Assembly (NCBI GenBank): GCA_964432825.1
Contig: CAYSOX010000004.1
Location: 26,126-90,125 of the forward strand
Reading direction: 5' to 3'
Length of the DNA: 64,000 bases
Origin: an uncultured Lachnospiraceae bacterium
GTDB taxonomy: Bacteria; Bacillota; Clostridia; Christensenellales; UBA1242
The translations under genes were made by a program, and so were the position numbers. Positions 25,301-40,300 of this stretch are shown here, one piece after another; the stretch's first letter is position 1; each line of letters starts with the position of its first letter. Under the pieces are notes generated by a model, which worked only from the letters and a program-made list of their open reading frames with translations, was not told the DNA's origin and ran no database searches.

Positions 25301-28300
25301 TAATAACACTATTGAATGCATATAGCAAATAATCGGTTGCAAGTGACTTATCATAAGATGGGTTGCCATTATTATCTTTAGAAGAAATTAAATCGGCGAA
25401 AGACTTATTGAAGTTGTAGAACACGCCATTTGCGGATGAAAGATTAGAGTCTTTTATGTAACTATCTATTGATACACGATTAGTAGACTTTAGTAATTCA
25501 TTAGTTGTATATTTTGAATACAAATCGTTTATGTGTAAAACTTCTAATTCTGCTTTTATTGAAGCAAGTGGAGTACCATCTAATAAGTTTTCGGAAATAT
25601 CTTTTAGTTGAGCGTAATATTTAGCATATTTTTGTAATTCGACATCGGAAATTATGATTGAAGATGTTGCTCTTGAAGATGAGCCGGTTACAAAAATTTG
25701 TGAGTCACATTCAACACGGGTGTAATTATCTGGGTCGAATGCAAAGTCGTAGGCTGATTGCAAATAATTTCTAAAGGTAGACAAATCACGACCGCCTTGA
25801 GTTACCTTTATGTAAATTGGGGTTCCTGCAAGTGTGTAATGAGCGGTGGTAGAAGTGTTTGCAGTATTGTAATCAAAGCCTGAAAGGGTGGTTGTCTTGT
25901 TATCCTTTAAGTCATTTGCCAAAATGTATAGGGTGTAATTTGTGGTGTTAAGTGAGTAAGTCTTGGTCATAAATGAGCCACTAAGTTTTGAATAATAGTG
26001 GTTGGTTCCAGCAAGTTTTTCAATCGTGTAATTTGATGGCTGGATGAACTCATAATATGTTTCACCCTTTACACCTTTGTATGAGCCATTTGGATTTACA
26101 GATAGATTTTTAAGTGCTTCTAATCCGTTTTGCTCATTTTGGGCAAGTAAAGTTTCAAAAGTATCGGTATTTGCGGTGGTTGTATCAAACATCATACTAA
26201 TTCCGCGGGAAATTTGTGTCATATATTCGGCGTATTCATTTAGAGAGTCACGGTTGAAGGTTACGGCGAATAGATAATAAAATTCTTCATAATACCTTTT
26301 ACCTGCTTCATTTTCATTCAATTTGTTTTCGTCGATAAATTCGTCGGTTGGGTACATCAATGCATTTAAGGTGTAATATGGGTTGGTTGTGTAACTTGCA
26401 TTTAATTTGAACTTGCTATTTACCTTGACGGTTACAAATAGGCTGGTGTTTGAATCCACATAAATTCCGCGGTTTACATAAGTTAGTGGGATGCGACTTC
26501 CTGAAATATTCTTGCCATCCAATAAACTTACGGTTAGGGAAGTACCATTTATAGGGTTATTTATGCCTTTTGAAGTGATTGGATAACCATACTTTTTAAC
26601 CATACTTTGAGTGTAATCATTAACATTTGTTGTGTATGCTTTGGTTTTACCATCGGCTAAGGTTATATTTTTTAGGTATTCCGAACTTTGAAGTTGGGAT
26701 ATTGTGGATTCATTTAAACTTAGATCGGAAATATTTGCTGAATCATAGGTTCTTCCTTTATCAAAGGATGTAGAATTTGCTCGTGAATAGTGGTTTGAAG
26801 AACTATTTAGTAAGTCGTTCGTTGTGGATGTGCCATCTGAAAGGTTAACCGGTGAATAGATAAAGTATGATGAGCCATCGACAGATTCTGCGGTGTAAAC
26901 ATAATAGGTTGAACCTTTTATTGTTCTTGTTATATAGGTAATTGCGTCGGTGCCAACTTTGTATGCTGAAAGAAGGTTGCCAAAGTCAATTGTTTTAGCG
27001 TCGCTTTTGTTTACAAGGTAGCCTTCGTTATCGGTTACATAAGCATTGCTATTGTCGGCATAATTTGCATAATAGATTGAATCAATTGTGATGCCTGAAG
27101 AATTACCAGTATCGGTGAAGATAAGCGAATTGTAACTTTCGACAAATTTTGCTATTATGCAAACATTTTCGGCAATTCCATTTATTAAAAGATTTCCGTA
27201 TTCGTCAATCTCGTACAAGCCTTGTCTTCTTTCGCGGTATAGTTTACCTTGATGCATATATACTTCGGTGTCTGAATTTATAAATGCTTTAAGTTGGTAA
27301 CAATTTCCATTTGAAGCACTATCTTCTTTTGAGGTCTCGCCTAAAATTTCGGCGGTTGGAAGGGTGAACATAGCATAATTTGCAGGTTCACTGAAACCAA
27401 AGTAATAAAGTTTTTCATCTTTTTTGCAATAGTATAAGGTTCTAACACTTTCGGTTTCAACATAATTGCCATTTTCATCTAAAATGTAATAACTACCTAC
27501 AGTTAATCCATTTTCTTCTCCAACTAAGAAGGTGATATAATCTTCAACTCCGTAAGTTAATAATTGTCTATCTTTAGTGTACAAACTCTTGAAACTGCCT
27601 GTTGATTCATCTATATCAGAAGAAACTGCAATATCAGAGATTTTTATCAATCCAACATCGGAATATGCGGTGATTACAACTTCGTTAGAAGTTTCTGCCT
27701 TTTGAGTTATTTTGTAACCTGCATTTGAAGTGGTGAATGGGTTCATAACTTCGTTATAGAAGCAGATTTCATAATAATATCCACCATTTTCGGTATTGTA
27801 ATCTACCTTTTGAGCAGAAAGTGTATATTTTAAGTCGGTCTTCAATTCGTAACCTGATGCATTGGTTAAATCTAAATCATTATAAATTATTCCTAGACGG
27901 GTAAATAAAGTTTGTGTTGAGACATATGAGTAGTTGGTCTTTGAAATTTTAGCGGACCCTCCAACTTTTAGAATGCTATTTAAATTTTGTTGGTCTTGGA
28001 TTGAAACGTTGTTATCTGCAAAACTTTCTCCATCCATATTGGTTAATGTAATAGTTACACCATTTTCATCACCACAAGAAAGTGTTAAGATACAGCAATC
28101 GTTATCCTTTCCGTTTGCATCCTTGATTGAATAGGTTAGGCTTACCGAAGATGCCAATTGTCCATTGATTTTGAATAGGTAAGAAGTTTCGGTGCTTGAA
28201 GCCTTCTTTATTGGGATTAGGGTAAGTGAAGATGGAAGTGGAAGGCTGGTGGTTAGGTTTGAAACCTCTTGCATTGAGCCGTCAATTGATTGGTATTCCT

Positions 28301-31300
28301 TAGTTGCAATGGTGATTAGTGAAGAGTAATTGGTGTAAGTTAGTGAATATCCAATTTGGTGAAGTTCGGTCTCGGTTGTGCCATCCTCTAATTCAACAGT
28401 TTGTTCGTAATAATAGTTATAACTATTTGTGAATGAAGCATTTTCGTTGAAGTTTGCGGTGTGGTATGAGATTGAATATTTGCCAACATTTAAAATTCCG
28501 CCATTTTCTAATTTGTCACCGATTTCTAGTGACCCATTATTTATTGGAGAAACAAAGCGGTCGCCATTTAAAATATAACTTGATGGGGCTTTACCCGAGC
28601 CATCCTCAAACTTAAATTTTGGCGCATATTCGGTAAATGAGGTTGAACCATTGCCCAAGTTTTCTGTAGTTTTATTTCCGGTATTGTAATTAAAGGTTTG
28701 CTCGGTGGTCGAAAGTTTATATTGAGCAAGGTCGGAGGTTGAAAAGTTTTTAAGAGCGTTATCCAAATCAATATATTTTAGGTAGGTGGTTGGAACAACT
28801 TGGGTGCAATTAAAGTCGTAATAATATGCAGATGAACTTGATTTTGTGTAAACTTGAATTGCAATGATTTTTCCGCCGTTTAATTGGGTGATTACCTTTT
28901 GGTCCGTTGAATAGAATAGTCCGGTAGAAGGTTTGTATTCTACATCTTGAATTGTGCCGTTTGCGGTGACCATATATGTTAAGAATTTACCTGAATATAG
29001 GTTTTCTAGTCCGGCTGGAACATATTCTGGGTTGCCGTTTATATCGGTTTGGTAAATCGGTTTACCATTTGCACCGAAGCCAGTAACTATCTTATATTGC
29101 TTTGTGATTTCGTCGTATTCTACTCGCTTAATTTCGTCAACATATCCGCGGTAGTCGTCTGAACTAATCTTTTTATCGTCGCCAAATTCGTCTTTTTGAA
29201 TCACATATTCGCCGGTTGCAATGTTGTATGTTGCAAAATACCAGCCCTCAAAACGGTAGCCATCGTCGGAGTTTGCTTGTAATTTTATTGAGGTGTGACG
29301 GTCGAAATATTGAGTTAGGTAGGTTTCGTCTATACCGGTGTGGTAAACATCGGCAGAGATGAACCATTGTTTTGTTCGAGATTCACCTGTGATTACTGGA
29401 ACGAAGGTTGCTGTGTTTACTATCTTGCGGGCAAACTTGATGCCGTCTTGACGCTTTGAAAGATAGTGGTGAGTAATAACTTTTCCGTTATCATTTTTTT
29501 CGGTTTCGATAGAATATTTATAAACATCAAAATAGATAGATGAAAGGATTACTGGTAACATTTCACTGCCTTGGCTTGAAGTCTTTTTGGTGTTATAAAT
29601 TTGTTCTACGAAGCGGGTTGAAATTAGGTCTATATCTTGAATACCGCTTGTACGCTTTGCAAGTTCCAACTCATGTTCGGCTTGCTTTGCGGTACTCATT
29701 TTGTAATGAGCGTTTGAATAACCGTCTTCAAAGTCATATTCTACAATATTTAAGTAATAAACAAAGGTTTGTCTTCCGGATTGAAGAGTGTTGTAAGAAG
29801 CCTTAAATTCTCCATTGGTGTCTATTGTTGGTGCAAGGATGGAGTCTTCACTCTTTAATGCGTATGGAATTGCGCCGTTTGTATTGTAAGTAAAGTTGTA
29901 ACCCTCTATATTTTTGTATGGGGTATTATTTGATTGAGATTTTGGCTTATCTTTTGTTACTTGATAGTAGTAAGACTCTTGACCATTGATGTAATTTCCG
30001 TTTTGGTCTAGAACGAAATAATATCTGCCGTTTGAGAAGTTGATTGGATATATCTCGCGTTTTCCGTCGGCTGAAGTGGTTAGTGAATATAGATAATATG
30101 CATATCTTGATTGGGTGCCGGCTTTTATTACTCCGTAATTTACGCCTGGGATGTTGTAAACTTCGGTATTTAAGCCGGTGACTTTATTTACATAGCCAAT
30201 TGAAAGGTTAGAATTTCCAATTTCTTGCTCTACCATATATGGAACGTTTGTGTCTGTGGCTTTTGTGCCAGCATTTAATGCACCATTTGTGTAACTGTCT
30301 ACAAAGAATGCGGACATATTATTGGTAGCAGTTCCTACTGAAGTGTCGGCAAAATATTGATATTCGGTGGTGAACACATAGTTTTCTATGGTCATCTTAT
30401 CATAATCGTAAGTAAGTTCGGTTTTGCCTGAGCCGTCGGTTAATTCAATCTCACCAGAAGAGATGTATTCAATAAAATGGATGTCGTCGGTGTTGTCTGC
30501 AATTGTTTCGGTGTCGGCTTTAACTCGGCTTCCGTCGGTGTAATAAGTTGTGATAACACCGCCGTTTGACTTAACACCATCGGTTGTTATGGTTGAAGTG
30601 GTTAATGAGAATACTCTTTCATAGATTGGTAGGAATACATAATATTTTGCTTGGTCGGATGAGAATGTGAAGGTTGAATTGTTTCGACCTTGGATATCTA
30701 TATCGCCGGCTTTGTATAATATTTCACTATTATATCTTGTGTACGCGCCCCATTCTTTGAAGCGGTAGACAACACTTGTGTCGCCTTCTTCAATTACTAT
30801 GTTAGGGTTTGTAACAAAGATAACTTGTTCGGAACCTACGGTGAAGAAGTTTGAAGTTGCAAGCATTGCATTCTTGATGGAATATGGGAAGCCTGCATAT
30901 AAGCCTTCATAATCTTTTGCCTTGTCGGAAACTTTTTCGCCGATGCCTGTTCGGTAGCAACTGGTGATACCTGAAATTACCAAAGTGCCGTATTCTATAA
31001 CTGAATTTTTGTCTAGGTTTTCTAGTGCTCCACAAATTGCTTCGGTGTTGCATTCACTGGTTAATAGGATGCTTCCATCTGGGCGAACATTGTAAGTGTG
31101 AACATCTAGAGTTCCGGCATTAGATATTTCGGTGTATGAACTTGTCCACCAATTGTAATTGTATTTGTAGCAAGGAGCATTGGTTGAACTATACACAATT
31201 TCGTGGAAGCAATCGGTGATTGCATTGTACACATAATGTGAGCGGGTAAGACGAGTGTAATGCTCTGTGTTGTTTGTGTTGCCGTCCATATAATAATCGG

Positions 31301-34300
31301 CGTATAGTCTACTGCGAAGGCTGTTTGCTTCATCCTTTGAAGAGTTGTCTATCCAGTCACTGCTGAATGCGTATGGTTGGAAATTGTCAGCAACTGCGGT
31401 GGTGTATACATAATATGGATAACCCTCTGGGCTAACAATTGTATCTTCGGCTGGAGTTTTTAACTTAACCTTTTCAAAGTATACTGAAGTTATGGTTCCG
31501 CTGTCTAGTTGGGCAGATAAATTAACCTTGGTGTAATCATATACATTTGCATTTGCTGGAATGCTTTCTAGTGGGGTGGCGTAATGCAAATAATAAGAAT
31601 ATTTATTGGCTGAAAGTTGGTCGTAGGTGGTGTATTCATTAGGGTCGTAGTTTTCGCCAATTGTGTAATAGTAATATCTACCGTCAATCTTTATGCGGAA
31701 GTTGTCGGATTTTGTCGATTGTTCGTGAACATTCATACCCGAACCGATGGTTGAGGTTGTTTGAGTTGTATCACGAAGAAGGACTAAACTTTCGTCATAA
31801 ACTAAGAAGTTTGACATACTGTTGCGGTCGGTTAGAGTGGAATCTACGGCATTTCCAGAATTGTCTACAAGTGCATAAGTCAAAATTTCTGCAATATCCA
31901 TAGAAGTTATCATCTTATGCTCAAAATTCATTAAAGTTAATGAGTTTGAAGCAAGTGTTCCGTTTGGTGTTAGGTATACTGGAGAGTAGATTGAAGAGTT
32001 TGCCAAACTGTATGGGTAACTACCGTAAAGTGGTTCGTAACTTGTTTTGTCGGTAACTGCGATGATTTGGTCAGGATATTTATTTTGGTCGATGTTTGTT
32101 TCGGTGTCTTTGAATGCATAAGTTGCATCTGGAGTAGCAAGGTTAGAACCTGATATGTCGGTTATTATACCGCCTAGTTCTACACTGTAAACGGGTTCTA
32201 TTCTTAGTCCTAAGGTGATGTTTTGGTTGTCGTCTTGAAGGTGGCGAACACTGAATGAAATTACGGTGTTTGGATATGGCGCGCCATCTAGAACGGTTAC
32301 ACCTGGTAAGCCATACTTGGAGGTCTTTGCGGTGGTGTAATCTATGGTGTAATAGTTGCTCCAGTCGGTGATAAAGCCATTTTCAACCTCAGCATTTACA
32401 TCGGATGAATAGAAACTTGGGTAAATGATAGGCTCGGTGGCGGTCATAATTGACTTACCTAGGATATCTATCTTTTGATTGGTTTCATAAGCATAAGCCG
32501 TGCGAACATAGGTTGTTTTTGAGTAACTTCTTGAGTTTACTACACCGGTTAGAGCGGTGCGTTTTCCGTCTACTAAGCCGTAATAAATTGTGTTGAAGTT
32601 TACGCCGGTTTGCAAACTTGCATTGTGGATGGTTGTTCCGTCGTTTGCAAAATAGTGGGCGGTGTACTCGGTGCCAGTTGATGTGTCTAAATATATTAAT
32701 TGTACTAGGCTTGAATAATCGTATACTAGTTGAGTGCCGTTTGAAAATCCTGAACTTAGGATGTAGCCATTTGCTACGTCAACTCCGTCGGAAGCATCAA
32801 ATGTGGTGTAATATAGGTAGTCGCCTGAAGTTGAAATGTAATTATATATATTTAGGTTGTCATCAAACTTAAAGCGGTAAGCAAATGAACTTGGATAAGC
32901 CTCTTCTACCTTTTCTAATAAACCTAGTTTATTGTATTTGTAAATATTTGCAGTGATGTTGTCATTAGGGGCTTTTTCTAGGTTGAAGTAGGTGATGTTT
33001 GTGATTGGGTCAACGAACTTATAAGTTTCGGTAAGAGAACCATCTAATCCGCGAGCCGTTCCGTCAGATGAGTAAACGACTTTGTCGGTAACATCATTTT
33101 CAGTTAATGCTAATTCGTTTGAAAGGATAGGTAGGATAGATTGAACTTCGGCATAAGATAATTTATGTAATGCGGTGTAATCGTAATAGGTTTTAATTTC
33201 TGCTTTGCCGGTAGATGCAAGGTCTCCTAACTTCTTGCCGTTTATGGTGATTAAATCTATTAAATGGTAAGAGTTGGCATTGATTGTGCGAATTACCTTT
33301 GTGCCATCATTATAAGTGGTGGTTAATGTGTTGCCATTAACTTCTACCGAATCTATAACTGAAGTAGAGGCATCTATAACTAAGTTGGTTAAGGTGTAAT
33401 TAACTTTTAAGTTTACGCCCTCGGTTAAGCCATGGCCAACCTTTGAACTATAAGCATATTGGATATATTTAGCGTCTACTGGGTTTAAGTATTGCTTAAC
33501 TGGTTGGTTATCTTTTACGGTTGCAAGCACGGATGCGGTTAGTCCGCTAGGTAAATCATATTCGGCAAGTTCTACAAGTGAGTAAATATAGTCTGGAGTT
33601 TTGCCCTCGGAAACTAAACGATTTATGCTATTAATTAAGTCGCTTACCGAATTGAATTTTTCAATTAAAGACACAGTATTGTTATTCACATTTACATCGC
33701 AAAGTTGGTAATAAATGGTGTAACTTGCTGGGATTTCTGAAAGTTGGTCGTCGGTTAAGCGGTAGGTGTTAATAAGTGTTTGGTAATAATTTCCGTTTAC
33801 TTTATGAATCTTTGTGTAATTTCCGTATTCGATGCCGTCGCTTACAAGCGATGGGGTTACTTTATCTATGGTGTCATTCCAAATACCAATTTTGTCGGCT
33901 TCAAATACGCATAGCACATTTGAAATGTATGGGTAATTTTGGTCGTTTAATATATCAATTGTAACTTCTTCGCCGTCTACAAGGTCAACTCTTTGACCGG
34001 ATGTTGAGATAGCATCTAAGAACTCTTTGGTAACCTTGAAGGTGGTTGAAACTAGGTTGTTATCGTCGTCGGTTTTTCTTGCACCGGTTTCGTCATATAG
34101 AGCAATTATAATTTCTTTACCTTCTACCAATTCGTTTAGTGGAAGAAGTTTGTTTTCTGTAATTAAAGTATTTAAATTTGAGTCGGTTACTGTAACATCT
34201 GCGAATGATATATATATAATATTATTCATTAGATATATGCGGTAGTTGAAGTATTCGGTGGTATCGTCATCGGCATCTAGGTCAAAACTGTAGAAGTGTG

Positions 34301-37300
34301 AGCCACCTTTACTTGCGGTTCCGACACCGGCAATAAATGTTCTTCCGTTATATCTTGCCATATTATATATGGTGTATGGGCTTGCAAACAATATATCGTC
34401 GCTGAAAGTTCTATAATCTAGGGCAGGGTTTAATAACATATTTATTTGAGTGGTGATATATTGAGCAGATTTTGAATAGGTGCGGTTATTGTATATTACT
34501 ACATCTTTGCCGGATTCGGTGGTTTGTAATAGGTAGTAATCCAATTCCGATGCGGTGTAATAATCGTTGCCAATTTTAACTAGGTCTATCAATTCGCTAT
34601 CTAGTTTTTGTTGATATCCCCAAGCGGTGCGAGATTTGTAATAATTTCCGTCGGCATCGCGGTATACGGTGATTTCGTTACCATTAATGATTGCTTTGTA
34701 TTCGGCATGTAGGTCACTATAGTAATCTGTGCCATCAAAGTAAGCAATGTGGTAAGTTTTTCCGCCGTCTAGTGAATATTCATAATGGTCTACTGAAATG
34801 GTTGAAGCATCGTAATAACTGCCGTCTTGGTGAATTACTTCGGTGTATTTTGTTTCGGCTGATGGGTCGTTTGCATTTTCATTATATACAAGTTCTTCAA
34901 TAGATGAGTAATAGCGGGTTGAAGTGCCGTCATTGACTGCATAACAAAGTTTGCCATTGTCTGCACCGGTTATGATGAAGTAGGTGGTGTATTCAACATT
35001 TGTGAAACTGCCATCGGATTCACGGATAACGGCATTTTGTGTTCCGAAAATGTTGCCACTTGTAGAAAGTGAAAGGCGAATATCCTCAATCTTTCCAGAA
35101 AGTGTACCGGTGGTGCTGTCTAGTTTTGCATATAAGCCAATTTCTCCGGTGGATTCTTTTGCAATATAATAGGTGTTTGTGGTGCCGTCGTTATTGTATG
35201 AAACTAGAGTTTGGATAATCTTTGCTGAAGAGTAATCCTTTTCTGAATATACATGACCGTTGAACTCAATATTTTCGCCGTTTGAACCTTTGTAGAAATA
35301 AACGGTTTCAAGGATGGATTCATTTGCATTAACCTTTTCTTGAGTTATGTAGGCGCTGATTCCGTTTGAAACTTCTACTGGTTTGAAATAGTAGTAGTAA
35401 GCAGGGTCAATCTTTGCGCCCATTAGACGGTAAAATCTATAAATGTGGGATAGGGTAGAATTGTAATTTAGGTATATGTCGGAGTTGTTATTTTCAAAAC
35501 TATTGAATAGATATTGAATAGCCTTGCCGACTGCAAGTAAGGTATCACCCTTGATGATAGATTTTCCGTCGTTATCGTTATCTACATCATAGGCTGAAAT
35601 ATTTAGGGCTGCAGCAAGTTCTTCAAAATTAGTAAAATTTCTATTTGCAAGGCTGTTTTGACTAGTCTCATTAAGTTTAAACAAGCGGTCAGCGAAGTTT
35701 GAGATTTGACCAAAGTAGATAATATCTGAGCCATCGGAAGTTTCGCCAATTACACTGGTGAAGAAAGAGTAACTGCGGGTTACGAACTCGCTACCAATTT
35801 TGGTGCGGAACTTGACGGTTTCCAAATCATAATACAAGTAGATGTTTCGGGTTATTTCGGTGCAAAGACTATTGTCTACTGAAAGTGAAACCGAAGAAGC
35901 GGTGTCGGTAACACTTACATTACCATCAAGAATGAAGTAATCGTAAGTAAATTGTGCAACACCATTTTTTAATAAGATAACTTGTTGATTACTGTCTCCA
36001 TCTAATGTGGTAGTTTTAACACCACTAAGTTTTCTAAAGCCTACAATAGTTGCATTTTCATCTAAAATTATTTGGTAATAGAAAGAAGAGTTTGTATCTG
36101 CAATGTAACTTGAAAGTAGGGATGTTTGGTTGCGGTCTTTTAGGTCGGTTGGAAGAGTTTTTAATGTGGTGTTGTATACAAAATATCGGTGCCCTGTTTC
36201 TAAGCCGGTATCGGTACCGAACTCGTCGGCATTACCATTTTCACAATCAAAGAAGTTTAAGGCTTTGCCGTCGGCGGTGGTGATTGCCTTTTGAGTTTTG
36301 CCGGACTCTAGTCTTGTGGTTTTGTATAGTGTTGTGGTGTAAGTTTCTCCATTGAACGAGAAGGTAAGGTTTACCGAATTTGCTTTTAAGTCTGATGGGT
36401 AAACATAGCAAATTATGGATGTTGAACTATTGGTTGCGGTGGTTGAGAAAGTTACGCCCTCTAATATCCAATTGCCTTTATGACTGCAAGATGAATCTTT
36501 ATCAAAAATTGAAATAACGGTGTTTTCATCTGGTAGGGTGTTTTTGAACACGCTGTCGGTTTCGGTTTTGTTTGAACCTTCGGTTAAGTCGGCGGTGTTT
36601 TTTATTGAAACATTGTGTTCGGTAACCTTGGTTAGTGAACTATTGAAGGTTACATATTCATCTGTACCGCGGAATTTGAATGCATTGATTGTTTCAACCA
36701 AATTTCCTCTAGAATCTTTCAAATTGAAGGTGTAGTTTGAAATGTTGTCGGTTGAAGATTCCATTTCGAAAGATTGTGCGGTGCCTCTAATATAAGAGAT
36801 TTTGGAAATGGAAATTTCCTTTGCGGTAAATGAAGTTTTACCAATTGAAGAGGTGGAAACAAATGTATTGTCGGTGAAGGTGATTGAAGGGTTGGTTTTA
36901 TTTTCTAGTGCGTATATTCCACCATAGCCTATTTTGAATGAAAGTGTAGAAGTAGAAGAATATAGAAGTGGAAGATTTAGGCAACTAAAGTTAGAATCAT
37001 TTAACTCGTTTTTGCCGTCGATATATTCTTTGTCTAAAACATATAAGCCCAAAGTTGAATCATATTTATACCTTTTATAGTTAGAGTCATCCTCTTTAAA
37101 GAGAATAGTCTCAACTTTAGTTGTTTCATTTGAAGAATTGTTGAAATTAGAAACATTGAACTCAGAAGATTCGGTCTTGGTGATATCTAAGCTTGTTAGG
37201 TATCCTGCAAGTGCGGTGTATCTGCCGTTAGACAATGAAAAGGCATAATCAGTAGTATTTGTGGTGGTTGTACCATCGGTTGTAGTTTCTACTGAAGAAT

Positions 37301-40300
37301 TTGCTAAAACATATAATTTAATTGTGATAGAAGTACGGATATAGGTCACATATGCAAGTGCTTTGATGGTGCCCTCATCTGTTGTTATGTTAACTTCGGT
37401 AACAAATCTTGGTGTGCTAGCAATATTAATTTCATCTATATTTGCATAATCTATTGCATACATACCGTTGATTAAATAACTGGTGCTTGTGGTTCCGTTA
37501 TCTGAAGTGGTTTCCAAAACAATTGTGGATAGACTTCCGTCAGTTTCTTGGTAAACATAGGTAAGTTTGCTTTTAACTAGTGTGTCAACTGCTGGTGCCG
37601 TATTGCTCATATCATAATAAGAATTTTGTGATAGTGGGTTGAAGAAAGTGTTGATTGCAATTTCTGATGAGATACTGCCGTTGACTTTGATATTATCATT
37701 AATTTTTGAAATTAAATTATTTAGTTCGGATGACGACTTTCCTTTATTTTCATAAATTAAACTATTTATTCCTGTGCCGGTGGTGTAATTATTTTTAATG
37801 TCTACGGAGTCGTCGCTCTTTTCAAATAATATTATCTTATTTTCAGTATTTATATATTGGGTGTAAGTATCGTCTTTTTCGGCATCTGCAATTTGACCCA
37901 ACAAGCAATATATGTATTTTACGGTGTAACCAGATGAACCATGTGGAATACGGCTTCCAACTTCGGCAACTAGGTAGGTTTTAGAATTTTCTTCATCTCT
38001 AAAACTATAATATTTGGTCAAACTATTTAACGCGTCTACACCTAAAAGGGTGGTGTTGGTGCTAATTAGTTTTATGTCGCCATAGAATATATTTTTGTCT
38101 TTTTTTTCGGTTCCATCATATTTATATATATTTTCTTCCATCAATTGGTAAGCATTGATAGATTTTCCATCGGCTAGTTTTATGTTGATAATTGCACGGT
38201 TTTCTGCCTCTGTTGCAATGTTAGCGTTTGAAGAGTTTTCAGACATTGAAAGGGCAGAATCTACTACACTGTTGCCAGAATCGTCAAGTTTAAGTTTATC
38301 AAAATAATTTGTGGTGTAAGTGTAATAGGTTGGCGAATTTGCATTTAATCTTAACTTAAGGGATTTTCCGTCTATGGTGGTGAATGAAATAGTGTTTGCT
38401 ACTTTTGTGTTTTTAAGGATTATTGTTGTGCGGTAGCCTTCAGCATTATCTGCAGATGGGGCAAAAGTTAAGCCGTTTGCTGACTTTCTAAGGAAATAGG
38501 TATTTCCAGAAACATCTTCATAAGTTTCATATGCAGTTAGCAAAATTTCTGAACTGGTGAAACTATTGCCGGAAATTTGGGCGGTTACATCATGGAAGGA
38601 GTATATTCCACTAGGACCTTCCCAAATTGCTTGTAAATATCTTGGTTTTAAATTGCCCGGTGCATAAACTTCTAAAATAAAGTCGTTACGCAATATATTG
38701 TAATAGTAATTGGTAATGCTATTGGATTTTGAAATTTCGCTGATTACCGAAGTTAGATTTTTAGCCTCGGTGGAGTTGAATAAACCAAATTCATATAGTG
38801 ATTTACCATTTTTAATCGCTTCATCGGTTAGGGAGATTTGTAGGACCTTGGTGGATGGAGTAGAAGATTTTGGTGTCGCACTCTTTATGATGTAAGGACT
38901 TTTGAAGTTGGTAACTGCACGCTTAATATTGTTTGAATTGTATGAAATGTAATGGCAAGTGCTCCCGTCCTCGGTAACGCGAGTTAGGTTAAATCCTTCA
39001 AAGGTTAAATACATCTTCTGTTGTTCGGAATCTCGCTCAAAAGTTAATTCTACAACCTTAGTTGCTGTGGTTAAATCATTCTCAACACTTTTTTCGGTTA
39101 CATTGTTTGCAATATAAACAGTTTTTGCTGTTAAGTTGGTAGGGTTGTCTAATTCGTTAAGTGAATCAATTGAACTTGAATCACCCGTTTTAATGTCTAA
39201 AATAGTTAAAGTTTTATCAGAGTTTGAGAATGGGGATAGGTCTTTTAGCTTTATATCAGCAGGGACGATGGTTGTGGTTTCATTTTCAGTTACAGTGTGG
39301 AAGGCTTTTATTGGATCTTGAGTAGTGAATGAATAATAAATACTTTCATCAGTTCCTGAAATCTTAAGGTTAAGTTCTGTGAACTCAAAATTAAAGGATG
39401 GTTGGATGTAGATATAATCGCGAACATCCATATAATTTGCATTGTCTGCACCTGAACTTCTATCTAAATCAAAACAAACTTCTTTGGAGTTTTCAGATTC
39501 TTTTTTTGTAACTACGACATAGTAAAGGCTGTAGGTATCATCCACGTTTTTGGTAGCAACAATGCGGTCTTTATTTAAGTATACAACATTGCCTGAAATG
39601 GTTGCATCAAGCCCTGCTTCGTCGTTTTTCCCGTTGCTTTTGCGTAGAGCAACCAACTTATTGTAAAATTTGTTAGCGTCTTGGGTTGTGTCAAATTTTA
39701 CTAAAATATCGTAATCGAAATGAAATTTGTAGTTTTTCTTATCAATAGTTGTTTCTGTGCTATACAATGTTTCGTTGTTTAATTGGACTATGTCTATTTC
39801 TTCAATCTTTAAGCCGGATGCGGTGTTTATGGTTCCTACTGGAATTTCACTTTCTTTTAATGTGTAAATGTATCCGTCTGAGTCGCCACTTCCAGAAACT
39901 TTTTTGCTTGCTATTAGTTCGTAAGTTTTTTGGTTTACTGGGTCAAAGTATACTAATTTGCAATCGCTATTTGAGAAAGTTTGGATGTTGTAACCAGTTA
40001 AGCGGTGGTCGGTTGGTAGAAGGGTAGAAAGTAATACATCGGTGGTTACATAGCCGTTTTCATCTGGGTCGGAAGATATTGCACTGATTAATTCATATGA
40101 AATATCTATGTCGCAATCTTCTATTGAAACAAACTTGCCGTCATTGTCTTTTACTATAAGGTTAACATTTAAATTAGAGTTTTGGTCTTTGGTGGTGGCA
40201 ATGATGCTAACACCGGTTTTATCTCCAAAGGTTTTGCCGTTGGTTGCTTTTTCATTTGCAACGGCTAGACCCTTGATGTTTCCAGCATAGTCTAACTTTG

